Notes under the pieces: model-generated
The model's database searches: none
What the model saw: the letters and a program-made list of their open reading frames with translations, nothing else
What the model was told of the DNA's origin: nothing
Assembly (NCBI RefSeq): GCF_009914755.1
Contig: NC_060947.1
Direction: 5' to 3' (one strand)
Origin: the human T2T-CHM13v2.0 reference genome, Homo sapiens
Length of the DNA: 64,000 bases
Made by a program: the position numbers and the translations under genes
In this document: positions 42,193 to 57,175 of the stretch, in pieces
How the letters are laid out: each line of letters starts with the position of its first letter
Position numbering within the stretch: the stretch's first letter is position 1

Positions 42193-43293
42193 TAAAGCTA
42201 AAACTCACATATGGTAGTATATAATGTGGAATAGTATCATAGATGAAATATTATGGCTAATGGGAGCTAAATAGAAAAAGTTGTATTAATCAACTTTTGA
42301 CTTCCAAAACAGCCTCTTGAGTTAATTTCAGAGGTAATAAAAATTTTAAATAAAATGTTTTTATTGGAAAAAATTAACTGGACTTTTTTGAGGGAGAAAA
42401 GTTTTGTAAAATAAGTGGCAAATTTCTGAGATAGGATACCATCAAGTTTATATATTAAAACATGTGTTGACAGGAGAATCAATGAATGCCTAAAATAGCC
42501 CTGCATTGGGAGTCAAAAGTTGTCCTGAATATGTAATAGACCCTCAATGGATCAGTGGAGAAATGAATGTTTGTGTTGAGACAGACTCTTATGATATAAA
42601 TGCCTTCTGTGGCATGCAACAGAGAACTGTATGGGAGTCCAACACTTTCTTACATTTTCCATTGCTCATTATTTTTCAAGCAACTTCCACACAATGCCAC
42701 GTATTATATGAAATGTCCTTCTCTATATTATATGATGAAGACATCCCATTATTCGTGCTACTTGCACATAACTTGTGGTGTAATAATATGGAAAACATGA
42801 TCTTACCTCAAATTATCACTTTTCAATAGCTCAGGGCAATAATATTCACTTGTCCAAAAGACGGGAAGTTTCCAGATTCCCAGAAAACCAAATGTTGGAT
42901 TATGGCAAGGAAAACTCTGGTGTTTGTGTCCGGTATTTAGTGGGACTAAACAGAAGCATTTGAAAATCAACCATTCCATTTGAACCAGAAAAGTGGAAAA
43001 ACCTACCATGAGCAGTTTATTACTATCCAATATACACCTATTACACAATATATATTAACATTTGAGATTATGCCTGTAAAGGACAGAAATAGAAATATAG
43101 TAGGATATGAATCCATTACATGAAAATATGATTGAAGAGAGTAAGACTGTTAAACAGGCAAATGAAAACTATTTTCAAATATTTCACTTGCTATGTGAAA
43201 GAAGCTTTAGAATTATTCTGTGTAACTTCAGAGGGAAAAAAAGACCAAGAAAATTTTCCTCAAAACAAAAAGGAACATATGCTACTTTATCTC

Positions 43294-43337
<44 letters not shown>
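43294..43337. repeat. (GATA)11 tetranucleotide STR
   Basis: Direct count of 11 perfect units. Confidence 0.97.
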
Positions 43338-43339
<2 letters not shown>

Positions 43340-43507
43340 CATTCTGTGTATATTGTTTTTCCTGTCAAAGCACATTTCTAGGTGAATATTCTACATCATA
43401 CTGTGTCTCTCACTATTTCAGTCATGTTATTAACAGGTTTTTCTTTTAATTTACTTTAATTCAAAATTTATATGCATTTTAAAATTTTTGTAATTGTTTT
43501 AATCTGA

Positions 43508-43843
43508 TTTTTCTAAATTTAATTTTAAATTCCAGGATACGTGTGCAGGACCTGCAGGTTTGTTACATAGTTAAATGTGTGCCATGGTGTTTCGCTGTAC
43601 CTATCAACCCATCAACTAGGTATTAAGCCCCACATGCATTAGCTATTTATCCTGATGGTCTCTCTCCCCCAACCCTCCCACAGACCCCAGTGTGTGCCAT
43701 ATCCCTCCAAGTGTCCCTGTGTTCTCATTGTTCAACTCCCACTTATAAGTAGGAAATGGGGTGTTTGGTTTTGTTTTCCTGCATTAGTTTGCTGAGGATA
43801 ATGGCTTCAAGCTCCTTCCATGTCCCTGCAAAGGACATGATCT
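43508..43843 (-). mobile_element. L1PA8-10-like 3' end
   Basis: tgcaggtttgttacatag...taggtattaagccccacatgcattagctatttatcctgatg. Confidence 0.9.
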
Positions 43844-44060
43844 ATGGTTACAATCACTTTAACTTTTTAACAAAGAACACTTAGAGATCTCATATTGCTA
43901 GAGCAAGGAAAGTCTGTCCTTTGTATTTTATATCTCATAGCAGGATTATTTTTTTTCAGAACTATTTTGTTGGAATTATGAGACGAATGTCAACATAACG
44001 ATGATATTTGCTAACAATTATTTTTATTCTTAGCAGGAAAAATGAAATAAAACCAGATTT

Positions 44061-45668
44061 TGTAGTATAGTTTGAAGTCAGTCAGCTTTGTTCTTTTTGC
44101 TTAGGATTGTCTTGGCTATACGGGCTCTTTTTTGGTTCCATATGAAATTTGACGTAGTTTTTTCTAGTTCTGTGAAGAAAGACAATGGTAGCTTGATGGG
44201 GATAGTATTGAATGTATAAATTACTTCGGGCTGTATGAGCAAGGTTACAGTAGCCAAAACAGCATGATACTGGTACCAAATCAGATATATAGACCAATGG
44301 AACAGAACAGAAGCCTCAGAAATAATGCCACACATCTACAGCCATCCAATCTTTGACAAATCTGACAAAAACAAGCAATGGGAAAAGGATTCCCTATTTA
44401 ATAAATGGTGCTGGGAAAACTGGCTAGTCATATGCAGAAAACTGAAACTGGACCCCTTCCTTACACCTTATACAAAAATTAACTCAAGATGGATTAAAGA
44501 CTTAAACGTAAGGCCTAAAAGCATAAAAACCTATAAGAAAACCTAGGCAATACCATTCGGGACATAGGCATGGACAAAGACTTCATGACTAAAACACCAA
44601 AAGCAATGGCAACAAAAGCCAAAATTGACAAATGGGATCTAATTAAACTAAAGATCTTCTGCACCGCAAAAGAAACTACCACCAGAGTGAACAGGCAACC
44701 TACAGAATGCAAGAAAATTTTCGCGATCTATCTATCTGACAAAGGGCTAATATCCAGAATCTACAAGGAACTTAAACAAATTTACAAGTCAAAAAACAAC
44801 CCCATCAAAAGTGGGTGAAGGATATGAACAAATACTTCTCAAAAGAAGACATTTATGCAGCCAACAAACATGAAAAAAAAGCTCATCATCACTGGTCATT
44901 AGAGAAATGCAAATCAAAACCACAGTGAGATACCATCTCAGACCAGTTAGAATGGCGATCATTAAAAAGTCAGGAAATAACAGATTCTGGAGAGGATATG
45001 GAGATAACAGATTCTGGAGAGGATATGGAGAAATAGGAACGCTTTTACACTGTTGGTGGGAGTGTAAATTAGTTCAACCATTGAGAAGACAGTGTGGCAA
45101 TTCCTCAAGGATCTGGATCCAGAAATACCATTTGACCCAGCAATCCCATTACTGGGTATATACCCAAAGGATTATAAATCATTCTACTATAAAGACCCAT
45201 GCACACATATGCTTATTGCAGCACTGTTCACAATAGCAAAGACTTGGAACCAATCCAAATGCCCATCAATGATAGACTGGATAAAGAAAATGTAGCACAT
45301 ATACACCATGGAATACTATGCAGCCATAAAAAAGGATGATTTCATGTCCTTTGCAGGGACATGGATGAAGCTGGAAACCATCATTCTCAGCAAACTAATG
45401 CAGGAACAGAGAACCAAACATGACATGTTCTCACTCATCAGTGGGAGCTGAACAATGAGAACACATGAACATGGGGAGAAGAATACCATACACCAGGGCC
45501 TGTTGGGGGGTGGGGTGTTAGGGGAGGGACAGCATTAGGAGAAATACCTAATGTAGATGACGTGTTGGTGGGTGCAGCAAATCACCATGGCAAGTATATA
45601 CCTATGTAACAAACCTGCACGTTCTGCACATGTATCCCAGAACTTAAAGTATAATAATAATAAAAAAA
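44061..45668 (+). mobile_element. L1PA7-like element with 5' inversion (44061-~44238 minus, ~44240-45668 plus)
   Basis: ORF2 C-terminal peptides, an L1PA7-type 3' UTR and an A tail. Flanks aaaaccagatttt / aaaaacagatttt. Confidence 0.93.
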
Positions 45669-46334
45669 CAGATTTTAAACTTAGAGAAATATATCCACTC
45701 CTTGAAGAACATTGACCATTTTTATGTGTGAAGAATGCTTGCTATAAAAGTACTGCGTAGCTTTGTAAGTTTTCTGTTTTGTTTTCAGCCAGAAAAGGAA
45801 GTAGGCTCCAAAATGGGTCTGCAATTATGTTGACTATGTTCCTTTAGTAAGAAAGGTTGGAGATTACGAGCTTTTCATAGTAACACATCTTTATAGAAAT
45901 TTAAGCCATAATATGTGTGTTTAAATCCGGAGTTAATTTTAATGCAGATTTGCATCAAAGCATATGACCTTTGCCTTCTTGTTAGGAGCATCCTGCATTA
46001 TTTTCTTCTGTAATGTTCCGTTACTGTATTACAGATCAAATGTGCTGTAACATCTTTTATGCATTAGGCTATATATAATTTAGCATGAAACAATTTTGAT
46101 AAATATAATATTTTTAAACATAGATAATGAAAGAAATTCAACTAAGTAGCTTATTTGGCAAATGAATAATTTTAATTTTAGATTGATTCTAGAATTATTT
46201 GAAACATTTGTTTTCTCAATTTCTAGGTAAAAAATATGTTTTCTAATTTTTTAATAATTTCTAGTTTTGTAGTATTAAGGTTAGATAATGTTTAATTTGT
46301 GGAATTAAATGAGGATTTTGTGTAGCCTAGTAAG

Positions 46335-46475
46335 TACTCATTAAACTTTAATACACATACAAATCACCTGGGGATATTGTTAAACAAATTCAGATACAGC
46401 ATGCCTGGGGAAAGGTCTAAAATTCAACATTTCTGACGCAGCCCTTGGTAACACTGACACTGCTGATTCTTGTAT
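46335..46475. mobile_element. MER5-like hAT-Charlie fragment
   Basis: aaatcacctggggatattgttaaa...cagat...atttctgac...tgctg. Confidence 0.6.
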
Positions 46476-47329
46476 ATCAAGGACCTACTAGATGGTGATT
46501 TCCATGTATATCCCAGAGGTATATTATCAGTTGCCTTGATATAGAATACATATCCATAAAATACATATACATACATAAATTCATATCTCCTTTATTAATT
46601 ATATAACTTAGATCTTCAATACACTTTTTAAATTATGTACGTTTAATTCATTATGTACTCAAAGGTTTAAATAGAAGTCTTCCATTGGATTTCATTTTAT
46701 TATGTTTTATCTGCTTTAGTTTATTTTCACCGACACTTGCTACTGTAATATCTGATGTGTAAAGAGTCATTTTTATATTCCTCTTTTGAACTGTAGCCTT
46801 TAGCATTATAAAATGTTCTTTATTGTCTTCTGTAGAGATTTGTGAGCCTCTATTTCAAATTCTCTGATGGCAAGATTACATTTACTTTATTTTTTTTTTA
46901 GCATTTGCCTAGTATTGCTTTTCCAATGATTTTCTTTTAATTTTGTTTGACTCTTTGTAAATAGGTAATACATACCTATTATTCCAGAGAATCTGTATAA
47001 ATATATGCACACATTATAATATTATGTATTTATTCATTTTGTTCATTTAAACAATCATTTACAATGATATATTTAGATATAATATACAATTATATGCATT
47101 ATATATGTATATGCATCACACATGCATATATTCACTCTACTCTTCCTCCTATCTTCTATAGAAAACTATTTTTTAAAATTTATCTTTTATGTAGCTTTCA
47201 AATACTTCTTTAAGCAAATACAAGGGGCTGTGAAAAACCATTATAACCCCCTTTTTAATCAAAAGTTGATACTTTATATATTGTCCTATGTGTTTTTAAA
47301 CCCACTTAAAATGCATGCTGAGGATTACT

Positions 47330-47870
47330 ACCAGTAAATGGGGATGCAAATCTTAGGATCTTACTTGGCCTTCCCAGACACCACCTCAGTAGGAGTGTTG
47401 TGGCAAGTCATTACAGCCATGCAAGGGTGAAAGTCTAGTTTCCCTATTTGGCAGTTGCTGGTGTGAATGGAGTAGGGCATAGTTTTATTCTGTAGTGTTT
47501 GCATGGAGTTGTGGAATTATTATTTGAAAGTTTCCTGTCTTTCGAGGCTACATTGTTTTTTGTTTTTTTTTGACAAGATGAAACAGGTTTTCTTGGGTCT
47601 CTTTTTGTTGGCACTCATTGGTGTGTCTGTATTACTGGCTTTTCCAGCACCCATCCTGGGATATACCAGGTGAAAGGAAACTCAGCGACCTCACTACCAT
47701 GTCATCCTTTGGGCCTTGAGTTCACTACCCAATTTGTTTTTTTTCTCTACTATCCAGTCATCTTCTTATATTTGTATTGCATACAATTTTAAGTGCTTTT
47801 AGTTGTATTTGATTGGAGGAATAAGAAAAAAAATATGTCTTCTCCATTTTCCTCAGAGAAGAAGGAACCA
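47330..47870 (-). mobile_element. Old L1M (MC/MD-like) 5'-end fragment
   Basis: More GC-rich block ending atgtcttctccattttcctcagagaag, resembling an antisense old L1 5' terminus. Confidence 0.5.
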
Positions 47871-48189
47871 ACTTTTCATTTTTTATATTGTGTATGTTTG
47901 CCTTCTCTGATTCTTCTTGATAGTTTGTCAATAATTTACATTTGCTTTTAAATACCAGCTTTTAAATTTATTATTTCTACTTTTTCTTTTTACTTCATTA
48001 ATTTATTGTTAGTATTTTATGCATTACTAATATCCCATAGATTTTGCTAGCATCTCCATTATCATTTGTTAGAAAATATTTGATCTCTATTTGCATTCCT
48101 TCTTTTACCCAAGGGTTATTTAACATAGAACTTTTATGATAAGAAGTTTCCACATTGATGGGCCTTTTGGTATTCCATTTATTTAAGTA

Positions 48190-49262
48190 GCCTTTTTTTT
48201 AGAGTTGTATTAGTTTCGGAGCAAAACTGAGCAGAAAGTATATTGTTCCCGTATACTGCCTGACCACCCACACATAGAGCTTCTCCCACTACCAGAATTT
48301 CACACCAGAGTGGTACATTCGTTACTACCAATGAACCTAAATCGACATATCATTATCACCCAAAGTTCAACATAGTGTACATTAAGGATCGCTCTTGATG
48401 TTGTACAATCCATGGGTTTTGACAAATATATACTTACATGTATCCACTATTATACTTTCATGCAGAATAGTTTCACTGCCCTAAAAATTATCTGTGCTCC
48501 AGCTATTCATTCCTCCCTACCCCACATCCCACGTCTACCTCTGGAGTCCAATGATGTTTTTTACTGCCTTCATAGTTTTGCCTTTTTCAGAATGTCATGT
48601 ACCTGGAATAATAAACTCTGTAACCTTTACGAGTTGGTTTCTTTCACTAAGTAATATAGACTAAAGGTCTTTCCATGCCTTCTCATGGTTTAATAGCTCA
48701 TTTCCTTTTAGCATTGAATAATACTTTATTTTCTGGATGTACCACAGTTTGTTTATACATTCACCAACAGAAAAACATCTTAGTTGCTTCCAAGTTTTGG
48801 AATTATGAAGAAAGCTGCTATAAATGTCTATGTGTAGAATTTTACGTGGGCCTAAGTTTTCAACTCATTTGTTATATACCAAGGAGCACAGTTACTGGAA
48901 GTTATAGTAAGAGCATATATAATTGTGTTACGAACTGCCAAACTATCTTTCAAAGTGGTTGTGCCGTTTTTGTATTTTCACCAGTGATGAATGAGAAATG
49001 CTGTTGCTTCATACTCTCACCAGCATTTGGTGAATTTAGCATTTAGAATTTCACCATTCAAATAGACCTTTAGTGGTATCTAGTTTTTTACATTTGCAAT
49101 TCGCAAATGGCATATAAGGTGGAGAACATTTTCATGTGTGTTTGCCAATGGTATGTCTTCTATGGTGAGGTTTATGTTCAGCTCTTTAGTCCATTTTTTA
49201 ATTGAATTTTTATAACTTATTGTTAAGTTTTAGGAGTTCCTTATATATTTTGAATAACAGAT
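48190..49262 (-). mobile_element. L1MC1/2 3' end
   Basis: caccagagtggtacatt...catcattatcacccaaag...cagaatagtttcactgccctaaaa. Confidence 0.87.
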
Positions 49263-49462
49263 ATATGTCAGTCAACTGAGCTGCCATAACAAAAATATCA
49301 CAGGCTTTATGGCCAAGATACATGTGCCAGTATTGTCAGATTCTATTGAGGTCTCTCTTCTTATCTTGCAGACAGCTGCCCTCTCACTGTGTCATCACAT
49401 GGCAGACATGTAAGAGAGCAAGCTGTCTACCGTCTCTTCTTATAGACTCTAATACCATCATC
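49263..49462 (-). mobile_element. MLT1A/MSTD LTR fragment
   Basis: gctgccataacaaaa...cttgcagacagctgcc...tcacatggcaga...tctcttcttata. Confidence 0.7.
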
Positions 49463-49467
49463 TGGGC

Positions 49468-49774
49468 CTGTTGTGCTTTCTATTGTTATGGTTTATTTCT
49501 AATTTGGTCTTGAGGTTGCTCTCTCGGGAGTGAGCAAAAGCCAAAATTGTTACTCCTAGGAAAGCCCTGACTAGACAGGGAAAGTACGATTCTGGTGTGT
49601 CCATCAGATGAGGCACAACGAATAGATGAAATTAAAATTTATAAAACAGAAGGCATTCATTACTCACAGTTCTAGAGAAGTAAGGGATGCCAGTGGGGGG
49701 ACAATGGGAATTTCTGAGGTGACAGGGAGCTTAACTAACATGTGAGAAGCTAGAGAGAGTGAGAGAAAAAATAT

Positions 49775-49822
<48 letters not shown>

Positions 49823-50025
49823 AGACATGTGGGACTGTGTGTTTATTAAGGTCCATGGGCACTATTCCTTAGACTTTTTTGCAGGGGTTCTGGATTTGCT
49901 AGTTTAAATAAAACACTTGCAAAAGGGGGAGATTATTCACATGACTCTGGTGGAGACCAGTAGGTTTTATTGTGCCCAGCAGCTATGGATTGTGTTGCGT
50001 TTTGGGTCTGTGAGATAAGGAACAA
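49468..50025 (-). mobile_element. Probable ERVL-type LTR fragment containing (TA)n(GA)n
   Basis: LTR-like composition, including ttcattactcacagttctagag and tttattaaggtccatggg. Family not resolved. Confidence 0.45.
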
Positions 50026-50029
50026 GGGA

Positions 50030-50871
50030 TTGGAATGGGGCCTCAGGGGTCTGCCCAGTACCCTATTTTACTGTGGTTGAGCTGGTATCCAAGTTGTAAG
50101 ACAAAGTCCTATTTATTCTTTATTCTTCTGTCCTCAAGAAAAGGGAGTCTCTCCTGGAGATGCAAGCTGCACTGCCTGGAGTCAGATGAAAGGTAGAACA
50201 AGCACTCTTTTGGATGCCTCCACTGGTGTCCCACTGGGTCACGTGCCCCCTAATGTTTATTGGTTCCAAGCCCAGCGCAGTACCAGGACTTGCCCAAGAA
50301 TTGCACCCGTTATGACCTAGACTGCCTTTCAAGTTTATTTAGAACACCCAAGCATTTTAGTTCATGGTGGCAAGGCTTGCCAGAACTCAGGTTCGACTAC
50401 TGGAATGGGCAATTTCCCTCTTCTAGGGCTGGAATAAATGCTCCCTGTGAGGACGCTGGCTGAATTCAGCCCAGTATTGGTTTCTGCTGTGACAGGCAGC
50501 ACTGAGTTACAATTCAAGTCTCATATTCACTGTACTCTCCCTCTCTCAACTGCACAGATTCTTTTCCTGCACCATGCAGCTATAGCCAAGAGATGGGAGA
50601 GGGGTGTTGTAAGCAATTCGAGATGTATTTTCTGCCCTCTTCAGTGCCTAAATATAAAGACAGGTACGGTGATTGCTCACGTGATTTTCAGTTCTTATAA
50701 AGGTGCTTTTTTATTCTTTCATTTCTTTTTTTAATATTTTTGGTGGTTTTTTTTTTTTTTTTTTTTTTTTTTTTGCGTGGATAGTTGTTCAATTTGTTGT
50801 TGCTGATGGTCGGGGGAACGGGGAGTGTATTACCACTGGAGGCTTCTTTTCAGCCATCTTGCTCTGCCTCC
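50030..50871 (-). mobile_element. L1MA 5'-terminal fragment
   Basis: Starts with the same monomer as 28810-28900. Ends cttttcagccatcttgctctgcctcc, the reverse complement of the L1 start ggaggcagagcaagatggctgaa. Confidence 0.82.
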
Positions 50872-52030
50872 AGGATAAAATGTCTTGTAAGGCTGGTCAA
50901 CTAGCAACAAGTTTCCTCAATTTTTGTTTGTCCAAGAAAGTCTTCATTTCTTCTTAAAATCTGAAGAATATTTTCAAAGGGTACGTAATTCTAATTTGTT
51001 GTGTTTTGTCAATGCTTTAAATATTATATTTCACTATCTTTTTGCTTGCATGGTTTCTAAGGAGACATCTGATATAATTTTTATTTTTGTCCTTCTCTAG
51101 GTGAGAGTTTTTCTCCACTTCTGCTTTATTGTAGAATTTTTCTCTAATTTTGATTTCCTTTGATTTGAATATTATAAGCATATGTGTAGATTTTTAGATA
51201 TTTGTGTTGCATGGTGTTCTCTGAGTTTTCTAGATCTATAATTTGATGTCAAGACATTGATTTGGGAAAATTCCTAGACTTTCTTGCTTCAAATATTTCT
51301 TATGTTCCTTTCTCTCTTTCTTCTCCTCCTAGTATTTCCATCACATGTATATTACAAATATTGTAGTTGTCTAATAATTGTTGGATATTCTATTCAATTT
51401 TTCAGTCTTTTTTCTGTTTGTTTTTATTTTAAAAGTTTTTTAATTGACATATCAAGTTCACTGATTCCTTCCTCATGCATGTCTATTCTACTAATGAGCC
51501 AGCCCATCAAAGACATTTTTTTTCTGCTAGAGTTTTGCATTTCCAATTTTTCTTTTTAGTTCATTCATATAACTCCTATCTCTCTCCTCATGTTCCCCAT
51601 CTATTATTGCATGTTGTCTACTTTTTCCATTAAATCTTTAGCATATTTATCATAGTTCTTTTAAATCTCCAGTCTTATAATTCCAATATCTTTACAACAT
51701 TGGTGTCTGATTCTGATGCTTACATGTTTGCTTGCAGTGTCTCTCTCAACTCTGTTCTTTTGCTTTTTAGTATGCTTCACTAAATTTTTTTTCACTCACT
51801 CAATTTTTTTGAACATGATGTACTGGGTAAAAGGAACTCAATATTTGTTTTCATGGAGATTTATGCTCCTTTGTTTCTACTAGGTAAGTTGTGATTCTCT
51901 GTGCAAGTCTGTCTATCTCTCTAGTTCTGGGCACAGCAGTTTGGCCAATAACTACAGTTCTCTGATTACCTAAGAAGAATATAATTTTCACTTTCTGTTG
52001 CTTTTACCTGTCAGGATGGAATGATGCTTA
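50872..52030 (-). mobile_element. L1MC-like ORF1/5' fragment
   Basis: tttcctcaatttttgtttgtc...ttgcttgcatggtttct...gacattgatttgggaaaattc. Confidence 0.7.
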
Positions 52031-53306
52031 TAGTGTGTCTAGATCAATGAATTCCGCTTTCTATGTTTTAGAATTTTCTGGGTTAAATGAAATGTGATCA
52101 AAAGATAGTATCTGCATTATTTCTACTTTTGGAATTTATTATTTTAGAATTTTCTGTAAAGGTAGTTTTTTAAATTAATGTTCTGTATGTACTTAATATT
52201 GTGTATCTTGTATTATTAGAGCACAAAATTTACATATATTCACAAGACCTACCTTTTCATTATTTGGTTTAGTATCTTGGTATGCTTATTATTTGTTCAT
52301 TTTATCAGTTATTGACTGAGAGAAGTGAATTAACCTCTTCTGTTATTGTTGCTTTTCTGTTTACTTTTGCTACTATAATTTCTATGTTTTAGAAAACTGT
52401 GATGTTACAGCATGGGGATTCATGAATGTTATAGTTTCAGCTTGAATTACATTCTTTAGCATTTTAACCACTCATATTGTCTAATTTTATGAATTTTACT
52501 CTAATTCTGATATTTGATATTAAGATTGTGAACTTCAATTTTTTGGCATTTTCTGATATAACTTTGCCCATTCATTTACATTCTATTCTCTTCTCAATTA
52601 CATTGTTTTCATATCTGTCATTTAAAGTACAGAATTTGTTTTTGCTTTGAGGTATAATCTGAAAAAAAAAATACATGAATTAAACCTCTTTATATTCAAT
52701 GACATTATTAGTATGACATTTTATCTTTGTTTTGAAATCTTTCATATGAAATATACTTATTAGATTTATCATTATATTTTTAAATAAAATATTTTCTGAA
52801 CTTCCTTTTTACTATATACTCTTCATTAATTATCTACTCTAAATAAAAATGGAATAACCTTGAGTCCTGTTTCTCCACAACCAGAATTACTTCAGTGTTA
52901 GTTTTCTTAGTGTTTATGTTTGAATTCTTAGGTAGGTTTAAATTTCAATTATCTGACATGTTAGCTTCAAATGTTTTAGTCATAGGGCTGTTAGTGAGCT
53001 TACTCTACTTTCCACCTTTTTTTAATCATTCCCATATTTGTTAGTTGAATAATTTCTATACTATCAAACTATATAAACTTTACAATGTTTTCTGTTTCCC
53101 TTAGCAAATTGGTTTTTTCTCATTTGAGATTAGACTTGCAATTAAACATAAGTAATGCCCACTGTAAGTCCTGTTGCTCAAACTCCCCCTCACATCACTT
53201 GGTTGATTTGGAATTAGTTTTCTAAAGTAACACCTTTTCATCAATATTGCCTAAATTCTTACTCATTCAAATCTGTTTTTCTGTAGCTTTTACTTTTTAA
53301 GTAAAG

Positions 53307-53760
53307 TGTGTTATTCAGGGATCCTCAGAGAAACAAAACCAAATATAGTGTGTGTGTGTGTGTGTGTGTGTGTGTTGGATATGTGTATTTGAATACAGAC
53401 GATAAAGAGAAAAAGAGAGAAAGATATATTTATTTTAAATAATTGCTCATGTAATTGTGTGGACTAGAAAGCTCAAAATGTGCAGGGTAGGATGGTAGGC
53501 TGTAGACTAATGGAACAGTTCATACTTCAGTTTGAGTTTAAAGGCAGACTACTTGCAAAATTCCCTCTTTGAGGGAAGTCAGTCTTTTTCTATTAAGGCC
53601 TTCATGTGATTGCATGAGGACCACTCACTTTATGAAGAGTAATCTCCTTATTCAGAATCCACTAATTAGTAATTTCATCCCCCAAATACCTTTACTGTAA
53701 CATCTAGGATAATGTTTGACCAAGTATCTGGGTACTGTAGCCTGTAAATTAACCATTATA
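53307..53760 (-). mobile_element. MLT2 (HERV-L) solo LTR with (TG)n
   Basis: cagagaaacaaaaccaa...aggccttcatgtgattgcatgagg...taggataatgtttgaccaagtatctgggtactg...aaattaaccat. Confidence 0.85.
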
Positions 53761-54009
53761 GATGGTTCAGCTGAAAATATAATCTTTGACTTATGCATTC
53801 TCTTTTTGAGTGTGTTGTACATGTTGCTCTAGTATCTTGTGGCATAGAAAGATGAAGTATATTTGATGTTATTCTAATTTTTCTCTTATAAATGACTTTA
53901 TTTTTGTCTTTGTTCAAAAATCGTTTTCCTTAAAATCTAATGTTTTAATAGCATATTTCTAAAAATTTAATCTAACAGGTTAATTTTCTGGGGAAACAAT
54001 TCACTGAGG

Positions 54010-55945
<1,936 letters not shown>

Positions 55946-56129
55946 ATATAAAATGCTTTTTATATATATAGATTAAAGTCTTTTATTTTAAAGCAGCTTT
56001 CTTGAATTATATTACTACGTATTTGTTCAGTACTAATGTTTTTTTTTTCTTTTTTCTATTTGGGTGTTTCAATAAATTATGGAATACATACTCTTTTCCT
56101 GTTTTCTATATTTAAAATTTTCCTTCGCT

Positions 56130-56578
56130 GTGTCCCTGGGCAAGCAGGAATGACTCATAACTACATTAGAGAAGGGCTATAGCTGGGTTAAAGGGCATTT
56201 CAGGATTCCCAGTTGGGGATGACATCAGCCAGCCTTTTTCCAGGGATGTGGACAAGTGTGGTTCCTCCTGGGGTCCTTTGGTGGATGGAGCTGGTTACAA
56301 GACTACAGCCAAGTGACCCTGGAGTTGAATTCATAGAGGACAGGGTTGCTTTCAGTCTGGAGCTAGAACCATATTGAGTGAACTACAACCAGAGTGTAGG
56401 CCTCCCTTTTCAAAGCACCTTTCCTTAGTCTTTGGCTTCACTGGGGTTTTGCAGTCTCCAACCTGGAGCCCAAAGCTTCCACAAGGGGACTTTTTTTCTG
56501 TGGATAGTTGTCAGATCACTGTTTGTGTGGGTGAATGCCAGAGGGGTACCTCTTATTTTATCTTACTGACATGACTAC
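56130..56578 (-). mobile_element. L1M3/M4-like 5'-end fragment
   Basis: Ends tcttattttatcttactgacatgact, the decayed reverse complement of agtgacgtcagcaagatggcgga. Confidence 0.65.
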
Positions 56579-56732
56579 ATGTAACCCTTTTTGAGTGTTT
56601 TAAAGTAAGTATTAAGGGTTTTTTCAAAAGACTTCTTTCATTCTTAATGTTTTAAATCCATATATTTTCTATTTTTTTTTCTTGAACAGTTTTGCTAGAG
56701 GATTATCAGCCTTTGTTTTCAAAGAAAGGTTT

Positions 56733-57175
56733 TTAGGTTGATTCCATATATTGCCTATTGTGAATAGTGCTATAATAAACCTGAGAGTGCAGATGTCTTT
56801 TTGACCTACTGATTTCTAAAAAAGTTGATTTTATAGAAGGAGAGATTAGAATGGTGGTTAATAGAGGCTGGAGATAGTAAGGGGCAGGGTGAAACAAGGA
56901 AAGTTGGTCAGTGGATAAAAAGTTACAAGAAGAATAAGTTTTGGTGTTCTATTACACACTAGGGTGACTATGGCAAATAATAATGCATTATATATTTCAA
57001 GATAGATGGAAGATTTTGAATGTTGTCACGACAAAGAAATGCTAAATGTTTAAAGTGACAGATATGGTAATTGCCACAATTTGATCATTATAGTATGTAT
57101 ACATGAATTTAGACATTGTGGCCTAAATGTATGTACAATGATTATTTGTCAAGTATACATTTAAAATTAAATATA
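56733..57175 (+). mobile_element. L1MA 3' end with a short inverted 5' segment (56733-56816 minus)
   Basis: Antisense ttaggttgattccat...gtgaatagtgct, then sense aaagttgattttatagaag...agaataagttttggtgttctattaca. Confidence 0.8.

Noticed and set aside
41811-42224. Lys/Arg/Glu-rich 137-aa ORF and its Phe/Ser-rich antisense ORF
   Set aside because: Artefacts of the stop-free polypurine tract.
42506-42829. 107-aa plus-strand ORF in non-repeat DNA
   Set aside because: Non-ATG start, no recognisable homology and no convincing splice context.
45770-45853. Plus-strand acceptor/donor pair (gttttcAG ... TTA|gtaaga); a similar pair lies near 40591-40672
   Set aside because: Weak donors, unrecognised peptides and a frequency expected by chance in T-rich DNA.
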